This document shows, in pieces, positions 40,761 to 52,730 of a DNA stretch of 64,000 nucleotides. How positions within the stretch are numbered: the stretch's first letter is position 1; each line of letters starts with the position of its first letter. Source of the DNA: Hydrolagus colliei (lineage: Eukaryota); assembly GCA_035084275.1 (NCBI GenBank), contig CM068754.1:13950001-14014000 (forward strand), given 5' to 3'. The notes below the pieces were generated by a model, which was not told the origin of the DNA, did no database searches, and saw nothing but the letters and a program-made list of their open reading frames with translations. A program made the position numbers and the translations under genes.

Positions 40761-43670
40761 ATTTGTGAATGTCTCAAAAATGCCTGCAGAGGCATTCAAT
40801 AATTACCAAAAATTCTATGGATTTGCAATTTTCAGAGATTTTACTTTCAGCTTTCTTTTAAAAAAAATAGCTGCACTATTGGACCCTGTAATTTTAATTA
40901 CATTTGTACATGTTTCTGTACAATCTTGAAACGCAAGGTTTTAAATGATCCTTTTGCAAATCGTATTGGATCAAAACCAGACTGAGTAGATTTATACTCG
41001 TTATTAATATTCCTCTCTGATTTGATAATGAAAACAAATGAAGACGTATTGCTACAAAATAACACAATTCATATTAGTATTTTGCTAATCGGACTATCCA
41101 GGCGTATTTATAAAGATATATGGATCATGTGGCTTGTTCAATAAATCTTCTTAAAAGATCCAATATCATATGTATCTTTCAGATGTCAGAAAAAATCTCT
41201 TTAAATGTCAATACAATTCTTGACAAAAAAAACTCTGATTAATTTCGTAAATATTCTATAATCAAGAATACAATATGTGGGGTGGGGGGAGAGGGAATAG
41301 CACTTCTTTCCTCAGAAGCTCTGCACACAAGGTTGCTATCTTTTGGTATGTTTAGATAGCCAGAACAACAAAGAAATGATAAATATAACTAGATCTCCTC
41401 CTCTGTATTCCCAGTGACTTGTATTGAAACACAGAGCACACACCCAATCCATGGTTTGCAGCATCAATTCATATTCATCATTCTGTTTAGCTAGTGAGAC
41501 AGCTTGGGTCATGAAACAAAGATGCCACATTGTTTGTTTCTCTCTAGCTACCTCCTCCGAGAATAAAGTGTCACCACATTTAGGTTTGATTACATGTAGA
41601 GCATAAAAAGGTAATTGTTGATTAATCAATTCTTGAAGAGAACAGCCTTTTATATTAACATCAAAGCTGTTCACACTTTTACTCATCAGGCACCATACAT
41701 ATTGGTTCAACTGAACAGTGCACTTCATAACTGGAGACTGAATGACGGGCAGTTATATAAATAAACAGCTAGAAATTAAACACAGTGACAAACCTGCATA
41801 CAAGGGTGATTTATGCAAATAACTATATTCAATTAACCAGGTTGGAAATACTTGGACATACAATTAAATGGCCAATTAGGTAGGAATGACTGTACTTTAA
41901 ACAAATGCAATTGTCAGATAATTCATTTGGATGTTGTTAGTGAGTGCTTTGACATTTTATAATGAGAGCTGATCATACTTTTCATAAACCAGATGAGGTA
42001 GAGTTAGTAATTGAGCAGATTTTCCTTGGTGCCCTGCTGTTGCCACACAATTGATCTACTCCTAAAGAACTTGCTGGTCCAATTTTACACCCACTTAACA
42101 CATAATGAAAACCTGCAGTTAGAAATGGGTTAATGCTTTTAGTTTCTGGGCACTCACAAGACATATTGCTTCCAATCAGGATCAGTGCACACAGTGTGCT
42201 TTTAATGGTGTTTGCTTAATAGGAACAATTGGAGAAAGGGAATGTTTTGCTCACCATGGGAGTGTTCCCATTAAAGTGGCTTGTAGCTAAGCATATTTTG
42301 ACCAACTCGTAATGTTGCGTTTTTGGTGTGAAGCCAGAAGCTGTTTACATATCATGCAATTCTGGTAACAAAAGAAAACATTTTGCAAGTACTGTACCAG
42401 GATTATGTGATCTTAATTCTGCTAAAGACGCACGCTGGAAATATTTGGGGAGATAGTTTTGTTTTAGTAAGAAATAAAGACTACCTGCTTTCCACGTGAA
42501 CCAATGTACTGTTGCGCTTTCATACCCAGGTGCTCTCACACTCATACTTGCCAGCATTTGTACATTTATACCAAACCAGTAAAACCAACCTGAATCCACT
42601 GGCACCTTGGGAAACCTGAAATCAATTTCCACCTTCAGTCATTGCATTTACCTGAATAATGCTTCATGTTAAAACGAATAAGAGCATCAACACCATGAAT
42701 CAAAGCACGTTATGTAATTAGCAGAATGGAACTGTTGACATTTGCACAGTTGAATTCACACTGTATTTACTGTTAAAACAGTACTTCTAAAGCTCAAAAG
42801 CTGTAGCAGTGTTACATGAGGCAATGTACCTTACTTAACCCCACAACTGTAGTTGTGCTTACATTTGCACAATTAACAATCCACTAAAATGTTTAGCTGC
42901 TGTTCCGAAAGTTTATGCCTCCGAAATGATTCTGCCTCAAATTTTCAGATCAATATTTTAAAAAATGGTCTTCCATGAGATCCTTCACAAGACATCTTTC
43001 ATCCTTTGTCATAGCTAGTATTTACCATTGTCTGATGGTACTTTCATGACCCTAATCTATCTCTACCATCCTCTTGTGCAATTCCTTTATGAAGACAAAC
43101 AATTGATTTTAATATCTGTCTGTGAAGAATGGATCAGTTCAATTATGAATGATCGGGTCCTTTTAATCAAGTGCCATGCCCTTCAGTTCAACACATGGAA
43201 TGGTAGCTAATGTTTAGGGCAACCTTGCTGGAAGGCTGCAAGTTATCAATACTATGATTTAATGTTGCGAGCAGAGATATGTCAGCTGAAAGCAGGCATC
43301 ACTCACTTAAGATTATTCTATGCTTCAAGTCATTTTTTGTCGAATAGTAGCAATATTTTATGTCATTTCTAAGAGTGTGGTCTTACTCTATTTATGTGAG
43401 TATTCACTATACTTTCTGCTGTTACGCAAGGCTTTATGTGTCTGACAAATCAACTTCATGTTCTCAGATTTAGGTAAAACTGTGATGTCAATTAGTGCAA
43501 ATGTTTGAACTGGGAGGAATCAATTAAATTATATTTGATTAAAAAGCTATGTTTATCTATTTAAAAAACAGGACAGGGATGTGGAGTGCTACAGGAACAT
43601 GAAACAGAAGATATAAGCTTTCCTTCTTATTTTTCACTGCTTCCCTCTTCTCCAACCACACTCCCCCTGC

Positions 43671-43870
43671 ATAATAATAATCCTTGCATTTGATGTCGCG
43701 TTTTTCACATCTTCTAGATGTCTCAAAGTGCTTCACAGAATATACTGTAAAATGAATTGACTGTATATTTGTGGGCGAAACGCAGCAGCCAATTGCGCAC
43801 AGCATCCTCCCATAAACAGTCATGGATTAAAATGACCAATTTATTATAGATTTTTTTGTGGATGGATTAA
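43671..43870 (-). mobile_element. SINE (tail and core)
   Basis: Reverse-complement tail and core. Confidence 0.88.
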
Positions 43871-45229
43871 GGAACATAGTAAATGTAAACAGGAATATCC
43901 TCAAAGTATAGTAGAATTAATCTTTTTTGGCTCTTTCACTACAGTAAAGAGGAAGCTTAAGAGCATCATTGATGGTCTGTGAGCTGATGCACCGGTTAGA
44001 GGGGCAAAAAGTAGATTTACAACCAAGGGTAACGCATTATTACATAGAATGATATGGCAAGGAAACAGACCATTTAACCCATCCAGTCCATGTTAGTGTT
44101 TATACTCCACTCAGGTCTCTACATCTCCTATTTCTGTGGATAAATACAGCAATCTATCTACACTCAGCAATATTCTGCTAACAGCCATTAGGTGAATGAA
44201 AGAGTTGAGAACTGCCAGTAAATGCTGGTACCTGCATTGTAATTATTTGAACCGCATGAACAGAAGATAGCAAAGATTGCTGGATTCAAAGTGAGTAAAA
44301 ATCGCCCTCCCTGGCCAATTGAAGGCCAGCAATGAACAGTGAAGCAGAAATGAGTGCTAGGAAATTTGGCATCAAATTGTTTTTAAAAATGTTTCTGCTT
44401 TGGGCCCAGTCTGGCTATGTCCAAATTTTGGATACTCAGAATACTGTAAGACAGGAATTTATTGTAGTATATATCATCACAGGTAGATAACGTATACTGA
44501 GCCCCCAAAGTAAATTAAATAGTACTAGGCCATTCTTGTTGTCACCACAAGGGGCTAAATCGTTCTGTAAAAAGCCAGCACCGTGCAGACTTCATGACGC
44601 AAAAACAAATCTATTTGTTTAAAACCTTTTATTCCCCAACACAAAATAGCACTGTTCTTCAGGGGGCTCCCCTGAGACTTTCCTCACATAAAGGGAAACT
44701 TGGCAGCAATGTTGTTTTTCGAATTTCTTGCCACATCTTCTCAAACCGTTTCCAAGCGTTTTAAGGCACTCGTCATAATTTGACCAATTGCAGTGCCTGA
44801 GGGGTAGTGGGTGGAGGTGCTGATGTTAGGGTTACAGCTGCATTCTTAATCTTAAAATTTCCCCCACCCAGTAAACTGCTTTAAAATTATATTTAGAAAA
44901 TTACACAGCAGGGGAATGCTAGCACTAGGCTGAATTATGAAAACCTTGTGACTGATAAATGGCTCTGCAAGCGATAAATCTTTTAAAATCAGACCTCTAA
45001 GCCCTGCCTACTATAAAGTTATGCTTGAAGTTTATTGTTTAACTGATTTATTAAAATAATTTTCTCAAGCATGCCATGTGTAAAGCTGACCGAAAATCTC
45101 CCTGACTTTTATCGCATGTGAAAACATCTGTTTCAGACTTGAGGGACGGATTCAATAATATCTCGTACCTGGGGCCACTCACTGTACTCTTGTGCCTCTC
45201 TATTGTTTGTAATCAAACTCCTCCAGTTT

Positions 45230-45585
45230 CCTCCTTCAAACCTTGCTTGAGAAACCTCATCTATCATTCCCAGTCGATACATGAGGCGTAGCTTTGTCCT
45301 GGACATAAATCTTGGGACGTCCTCCCAATGTGAAAGGCGCTTTATAAAGGTAATTTTATTATTGTTGTTGGTGGTGTTGTTGTCTTGACTCATATTATTA
45401 TTATTTTTAGTATTTATGATTGGTACATAGTCTGACTCTGAGGTTTGAAGCTTAGTAATATCTAATGAGATTTGCTGTAAGGGATTCAAAATCTTAAAGG
45501 AGGATGCCTTCCTGTCACCAGAACAACAACAATTACATTTATAGAGCGCCTTTCACATCAGGAGGACGTCCTAAGGCGCAGAATA
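45230..45585. mobile_element. Two L2 tail fragments in opposite orientation (45230-45385 +; 45520-45585 -)
   Basis: 'ttgggacgtcctcccaatgtgaaaggcgct' and its reverse complement ~200 bp downstream. Confidence 0.75.
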
Positions 45586-46509
45586 ATGTCACATTGACTG
45601 GTGGGAACTAAGCTTTGGTGTAATTATATTTCTGGAGTGGAGTTCCTGCGGGTCATCATGATTTGCTTGTGGTTTCTGTAGTTCCATCAAGTTCAGTAGA
45701 AGAGAGTGAAAGCATTAGCTTGTGTACATTTCAGAAAAATAACTTTCATACAACAACTCAGAATATAGCACAGAAACTGGCCATTCGGCCCATTGGGACT
45801 GCGCTGGTATTTTCTTTACATGAGCCAAATCATTGAAATGCCTTTCCCTTGATCTGATACCAATACTTATACTTGGGGACTTGACATTCAAAGCAGAGTT
45901 ATTTTGTTACTCGATTGCTGGTGTCGCTTTCACATGCCACAGACTATCCTCCCCCTAAATGTTGTATTGTGCTTGTGAAGAAATGTTAGCACATTTTTAC
46001 ATTTGTTTTGCTTTGCTGTACAGACAACACGTGTCTGTTCAGCAGAAGCCAACTGATATTATTCACACCCTACAGGAGCCGCATTAATATTAACAGCACT
46101 CTGTTTCCAATTGAAATAAATGGAAGGTTTAGCCATGAGAGATACAGCAGACATCATCGTGATGAAAGAAAAACAGACATTAGTGAACTATACACCATGC
46201 AGACACACTTTATATGCATATTGACAAAGTACTGATGATATGCCATAGTTTACTGAGTAAGCACCTGCATAAATTGCATATAATACTGAATGCTGGCAAT
46301 TTCAGCTGACAAGACGTATTATTAGCAGTGATTTTATTACTAGCTACACCGGGTTTTCACAGATTATACCTTTGCAATGGCTCGAGTTCTTTTTTTAACT
46401 ATAATAACGACACAAATTAAATTTGAAAGCTGCCCAAATTAGATTTTTTTTTTACCGGCGCAAGTAAGGTCGGCAATCTAAAGCTTTTATTTTAATTCAG
46501 ATATATTCT

Positions 46510-47205
46510 TCCCTCCACAAGCTGCAGATCATCCAAACCTCAGCAGTCCATGTTCTCTCCTACCCCAGACTCCGTGACCCCAGCAACCCCACCCTCGCCC
46601 AGCACCACTGTCTCCTCATCCCTCATAGAATTAAAAAATCTTCGTCCTCACTTTCAAGGCCCTCCACGGCCTTCCCCCCTCCTACGTCTCTGATCTGCCG
46701 ACCCTCTATCAACCCTGTCTGCTCCCTCCGTTCAGCAGGCTCCAGCCTGCTCCATGCCCGATGCGTACTACCATTGGTGGTCGGGCTTTCAGCCTCTCTG
46801 ACCCCACCCTTTGGAACACCACCCCACAATCCCTTCACCTTGCTCCCTCCCTTGCCACCTTCAAGGTCAGTCTCAAGACTCTCCTTCTCAACAGTGCATT
46901 CATCCGCCCTCCTTTCTTTACCCGCCCTCATCCTAACCCTGCCCCTGACCCTCCCATGCTCAGATCCTAACCCCTGACTGTTCAGCACCTTGTGACATCT
47001 TCTTGATGTGAAAGGTGCTCTACAAATGGTTTAATTGTTTGTTGATGTTGTTGCCTTCTGCCGGCCTCCCACCTCCCTCCCTCCTCTCACCTCAACCTTG
47101 TTCTTCCCCAGTGCTCGGGTCCTGACCCCTGACTGTTTAGCGCCTTGGGACGTCCTCCTGACATCAAATGCGCTCTATAAATGTAATTTTATTGTTGTTG
47201 TTGTA
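46510..47205 (+). mobile_element. L2 LINE 3' fragment followed by a second tandem L2 3' end
   Basis: ORF 46761-46970 reads GGRAFSLSDPTLWNTTPQSLHLAPSLATFKVSLKTLL; two stem-loop tails with (TTG)n, ending ~47055 and ~47205. Confidence 0.9.
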
Positions 47206-47819
47206 TTCAGTTACCATTGCAGCCTTTGTAGCAAAAAAAATTATATATTGTTTAAGACGCCTTTGTGGAAGTCATCATGAGAGCCAAATTTCTCGCTATT
47301 CATGAACAAATCTAATCCATTTATGTCTAATTGTTGAAAGTTGAGCTGTATTTTCTGCGGGAGAGGATTACAATCACTGCAAATGGTGTTTGATCTGTTG
47401 CCTTGGAAACTGTGTGTTGCCAATACATCACAATTCCTTGGTGACTTCCATTTTATGAGCTGATGTTGGTCGGCATTATAATGATGTGTTCAAGGTTGTG
47501 CTTAATTATTATTTTCAGGCACCTGACCTTATCTGCTGTAATGTTTATTATGTAATTTAGGACTGCTGATTTACACTGGTTTTCCCAGTGAAAATAAACA
47601 TATTTTATTTATCCTGGCTGTGAAAGTATGGGGTTTATAATAGCAAGTAGTACATTGATATAGTAGCTAATAAATCAATGTACTGTAGTACATTTGCAGC
47701 GCCTCTGCAGACATATTTCCTCTTATAGGCAGGGGCTGCTCTTGTGCTCTTATGCTGTGTTTCCTGTGCTGGACATGGTTGCTGTGAGTTTTATGCTTTC
47801 AGTATATTAGAATGCATTA

Positions 47820-47910
47820 GAATGGAATATCAGCCAAGATTGAATGGCAGGGCAGGCTCGAAGGACTGAATGGCCTACTCCTGCTCCCACTTCTCATGTT
47901 CTTATGTAGT
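47820..47910 (+). mobile_element. CR1 3' end fragment
   Basis: 'gaatggcagggcaggctcgaaggactgaatggcctactcctgctccc...atgttcttatg' matches 33995-34062. Confidence 0.8.
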
Positions 47911-50329
47911 AACCCATGGAGGAACTTCATGCCTGTGGATTGATTTACAGCAGGATGCAATGGAAGAAGGCAGGACACAAGCGCTAAACTGTAATTGTCA
48001 GCATCAAAGCTATTTAGCAACAGGCCCTGCCCAACTCCTTTCCCGATGATTAGTTCTGACCATTCTTTTTCGAGAGCGGAAATTTAACTTAAGGGAGATC
48101 CATTATCATGGTTTGAGTCAATTTATTTAGCGAGGCAAATATAACCACCCTTTATTATGTGCATTACCTACTTCCAGAGCCTGTTGCTCCTGGGAGCCAA
48201 GGCTCTGCTCTGCTGATGCCAGTTTTTCTGGTGCTTCCAATGATGGTTGATGTCTCCATTGAATTAGATCCAAATAAAACAGAAATGAGAAATGTAGGAT
48301 TAGGAATTGTTCATCACTGGAGAAAGGGCCATCTCAAAGGCAAAAGTACAGAGGCACAAGCCTTAATTGCCACAGCCTCAAAAAAAACTAAACATGGTTG
48401 CAGCCTGAAGACGTGTAATGTTCAATCCTGTAGCTTAAGTCACAATGTCACACTTATCTTTTTTAACAGAATCACTGTCATCAAAGATTCTGTGATGATA
48501 TAATTTTAGAGAGCAATGAAAGGTTGCATGAATTTAAGGCCACAATCTTATCTGTGGTCACAAAAATACAGTATAGGAATCTAGGAAGTGAAGCATCATT
48601 TTTGTAGTCCATTGTATATTCTCCGCTGATTTCCCCACACTCCCGTTGATGCCCATTCAGGACTTTGAGTTAAACACTTTGAGACACCCTCGCAACATAA
48701 AAGGTGCCTATCAATCTAAATTCTATTGCATCGATTATACTGGAGCATTGAAATGATTTTTTTCTGGCCAACTGATGAACAGATTCGGATATGGACTGTT
48801 GGGTTCCTGGTGAAGTTGGAAGCTGATGAATCTGAGGTGGTTTATCAAAAGAATGTTAAGTAAGGATAAGCGTTGGTGAATTTGGATCTCGTAATGACTT
48901 CCACAGAGGGTGGTGTTGGGATGTTAGGGTGCGATTAACAAGATGATGGGTGCCACTGAAGGTCATTAGCGAAGAGGGATTTGGCCTTGTAAAGTTGATG
49001 CATTTTTTTTTACCAAGTGTAGGATAAATATTTATAATTAATATTGACAAAAAAAAATGATTTGACATGATTAGATTTATTACTGCAATGTTTAAACATA
49101 TTTAACAGCCAGCGCAGTGTGTGAGCTAAAACCTTTAACAAAAAAAACACAACCAGCCAAGGAGATTAAAATTTCCCTGAACCCATTGGCAGTCTAAAGG
49201 TTAATATTGGGCTTTGATTTTGAGGACTCTCATTTGCAATCTTCTGAAAATAAATTCCAAAATGCTGTGTGAATTAAGCACCGCTCTCACCTCTAGGTTA
49301 ATCAGGTACTCAACATGTTAGGTTAATATTTTCCCGCTGTTAAACTTGCTTAATTGCACGTGAGTAGTTTGCTAAATTTACCACTAGTGTATAAAACATC
49401 ATAAGCACGATTTCTCTCCCTCTTCTGTATCCTTGTCTGAAGCCCCTGCAATCCTTGCTGGCAGCTGTAATATATAGGGTAATCTCCATTCCAAAATGCT
49501 GGTCACTTTGGAATGGAGCAGTCAGTCACAGTGCTAATATACATTCATGCCTCCATGATTTGATCCGAGCACCCAAATTTAAAATACCTTTTTCAAATCC
49601 GCGATTACCACTATATGGTGACAAGAGCTGGTCTTACAATTCAATTCCATACTGCGGGGTATATAAGTGATCTACCGCAGTCATAAATTAACTGAGCTCA
49701 GGGACTCGAGTGCAATCGTAATGCACTTATAGCTGCTGTTTGGAATTTGGAGGGAAGGGAAAGAGATATTCTTTTTTGTCCAGCAGCTTGTGACAAATTT
49801 GGAAAGATTTTCCTTCAAAAGAAAGTAATATTTACATACCGAGATAACCATTCAGTTTTAAGGCTCGCCAGTGAACCTAATGGTATTTAGGACTCTTGAC
49901 ACTTTAATGCTTAATGTGTGTTCGGGGAATGTTAAAGGAGAAAAATGGAAATACTGCTCACATGACATATTGGTTGATATTAAATTACCCTGCGTGATTT
50001 GATTAGTCCTCATTGAAGCTAAATAAAAATTTGTAAATCTTTAATCATTTTAATTTTAACAATCCATTCTCAGATGTAGAATACACAAAAGAACATGGTG
50101 ACATGCTGTGTTTATTTCACTCATGAGGAACACTTTAATAATTCCTGTATAACTTTATCTCTCCTCATTATCCGATCTTCCACATTCATTAAATAACCCA
50201 GTTTATTGTGATGCTCCAGTTCCGAACTGCCATCAGAAATAGCTATTACATACTATGTTAAATCTCAAAGGTGTTTCATTTGTTAGTCTAAATAAATGAT
50301 TTCAGTTGCAATAGAAAGTGCATAGCCTA

Positions 50330-50780
50330 GGCTGTGACTCCTGTACAGTGCTGTGGGGGGTGTTGCATTACTGGAGGTGGCATCCTTCAGAACAAGGTCC
50401 GACCTGCCTGGGCATTGAAGATCCCACTATTCAAAAAAGGAGTTTCTCCCAATGTTGTGGCTAACAATCTCCCCTAAATAAAACTGGTCAGTCATTTCAT
50501 TGTTGGACACTGCTGTGTGCAAATTGCCTGGCACGTTTGCTCACAAAATAAAATAGTCATTACAGTAAATCCAAGGAGTGTTATTATCTTCCACTCCCAC
50601 CCCCCCCCCCACCCCACACTGTCAAGAATAATAATAATAATACTTCTTGCATTTGATATAGCATTTTTTTTACATCTTCTGGACGTCTCAAAGCGGTTCA
50701 CAGAATATACAACAACAACAAAATTACTCTTGTATAGCGCCTTTCATATCAGAAGGATGTCCCAAGGTGCTGAACAATGA
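50330..50780. mobile_element. Cluster: older DeuSINE-like copy (+), SINE tail (-), L2 tail (-)
   Basis: Shared motifs with the copies listed above. Confidence 0.75.
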
Positions 50781-51049
50781 GCTGTCTTAAGGTATATGGA
50801 ATAGGATATTCATTTGAAGTGTCGAGGGATGTACACTTGGTTAGAAAAAAGCAAAATGTGAATTTCTGAATTTTTTCATTTAAATATTGGAAGTAATGAT
50901 GAAGGTTCACCTATTATACAAAGCATTAAACAGTATTTCATTGTATTTACAATTCTATCAAAGCCTGCACTATGTAATTGGAAGAGAATGAGTGGCCAGA
51001 TTTGTGATTTGCACAACTGGATTATGTCGCAATGTATGAACCTGTGAGT

Positions 51050-51870
51050 TACTTTTTTGAAATAATGGTAATGAGCGAAAATTCTAAACATCTGTTTTTT
51101 ATCACATTTTTACTTGCTAAATGAATGTTTGGGATTATATATTAGGCAAAGACAAGCAACGCTTTGTTTATTTTGTTACCTTATGTATATTGTATATAAG
51201 GTTATCAAAAAATAAATTTCATGCAACACTGCCTGTAATGAACTCCATCCTTCTTGCAAAGATCTGTTTAACTTCTTGATAGAAAAAATTGTTTTTCAAA
51301 GAAATTATGAATCCATCTCCAAGCTCTTGAAATAAATCTTGCTTTTACAGGTTGCCTCATGTTTTCTTAAAGCAAGTTTGGATAAACACATCCTTATTGG
51401 AAATATGATCATGCTGTTATGCTTACAAAATGTTAAGAGATTAGAGCAGCTCTTTTTGAAACCTGTTATTTATGGTTATTTCTACTATAATTAGATTATA
51501 TGATATTGTTGCAAGTTCCAAATCACACATCATGACATTTCATGTAAGTTTGGTGAATACAGTCGATATATCAGATAGACATTTTTAACTCAGGATCCTG
51601 ACGGTGATCAAACTGTCATTAGTATAACTTCCTGAACTTGGAAAGCATGATATCTCCTTTCTCGTTGCCAAAACAAACTCCGGAGCAGGTATCAACAAGC
51701 ATCTGGATTACCCAATACAAATACTCACACTGGAAAGTACATTGTTAGGGCGACTACAAACAACAAATAATTACTTACATGGGTAAATCACACATCGTGG
51801 TGCTTTGGTCAGAGTCATTAAAGAATTGGCAATCCATTTTCAACAGCTTCGCTAGCGGAGTCAAAAGTTC
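51050..51870 (+). pseudogene. Fossil Crypton-type tyrosine-recombinase (DUF3504-like) DNA transposon ORF
   Basis: Seven collinear degenerate motifs across frameshifts, with spacing typical of the family (listed in the finding). Recognition is from memory of Crypton/DUF3504 consensus; no search was run. Confidence 0.5.
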
Positions 51871-51934
51871 ACCGTCAATTTTAAGGTATACAAATCGGAA
51901 GCAGCGGAGTGGTCAATTAACCAGTTATATATTA

Positions 51935-51982
51935 CATGATAGATGTAGATACATATAGATGATAGATGTAGATATGATCAAT
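51935..51982. repeat. Imperfect (GATA/GATGTA)n simple repeat
   Basis: gatagatgtagatacatatagatgatagatgtagatatgat. Confidence 0.8.
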
Positions 51983-52644
51983 CAGTTAACTGTAGCACAC
52001 TGTAATGTGTAGGGCATTCATTTCCATGAAGGCAATATTTTCTTCAGACTAATTAAGATAAGATTTAAACAAACTGAAGATGACCTCGCAGTTTTTATTG
52101 CCTTGGTAGCTAGTTGTTGAGGTGATGTTACTCCCAAAGTTAGGGTCGCTGCTCGAGTAGCCTGGTGGTGTATCATAAATACTATACCAACAATGAGAAA
52201 TTAGGTTATAGGCAGGAATAGCAACTATTTATCTTCATAGTTATCAAGCCAATTGGACATATGTCAATAGATTCTGCGTCTATCTGTATCAAAACAGCTG
52301 TTTGTATCACCAGCTGCACAAGAAAGTTTTTTGATAGGTTTTCAGATTGTTTAATTGCCGTTGTGTGCAATAAAACAAGCTTTTTCATTGCACAGTCCAA
52401 AAAGTTACGTTTCCTTTGGAAACCTGGAGCGTGCACACCAATCTCCAATAGCCACAAATCTGGCCATATGTGTAGGTCTGTGTCAAAAGCTGTATGATGT
52501 TTTGGCAAAAAACTATGCAAAACGAAAAGCTTAAGGGTACAGTATGAGGGTACAGTACCCTCATTACCAGAGTGAAAGTGTTCTAGTTCTCTTGTATCAG
52601 AATGTAACAATTTGAGGTAGTCTGTAATGGACTCTCTTATAAGC

Positions 52645-52730
52645 ATGTATGTATTACATACATTCTACATCCCACATACTACATCATACATCGTACAGTA
52701 CATACCACATCATACATCATACATATGTAC
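52645..52730. repeat. Imperfect (CATA/CAT)n simple repeat
   Basis: tacatacattctacatcccacatactacatcatacatcgtacagtacataccacatcatacatcatacat. Confidence 0.75.

Noticed and set aside
41336-41728. 130-aa minus-strand ORF
   Set aside because: No domain resemblance or exon signals; length compatible with chance
44540-44560. CTCF-like motif ccacaaggggct
   Set aside because: Only a partial match to the core; not supportable without data
52415-52535. GNLERAHQSP resembling the L1 ORF1p 'ERAHR' motif
   Set aside because: Isolated short match; flanking residues do not continue the similarity
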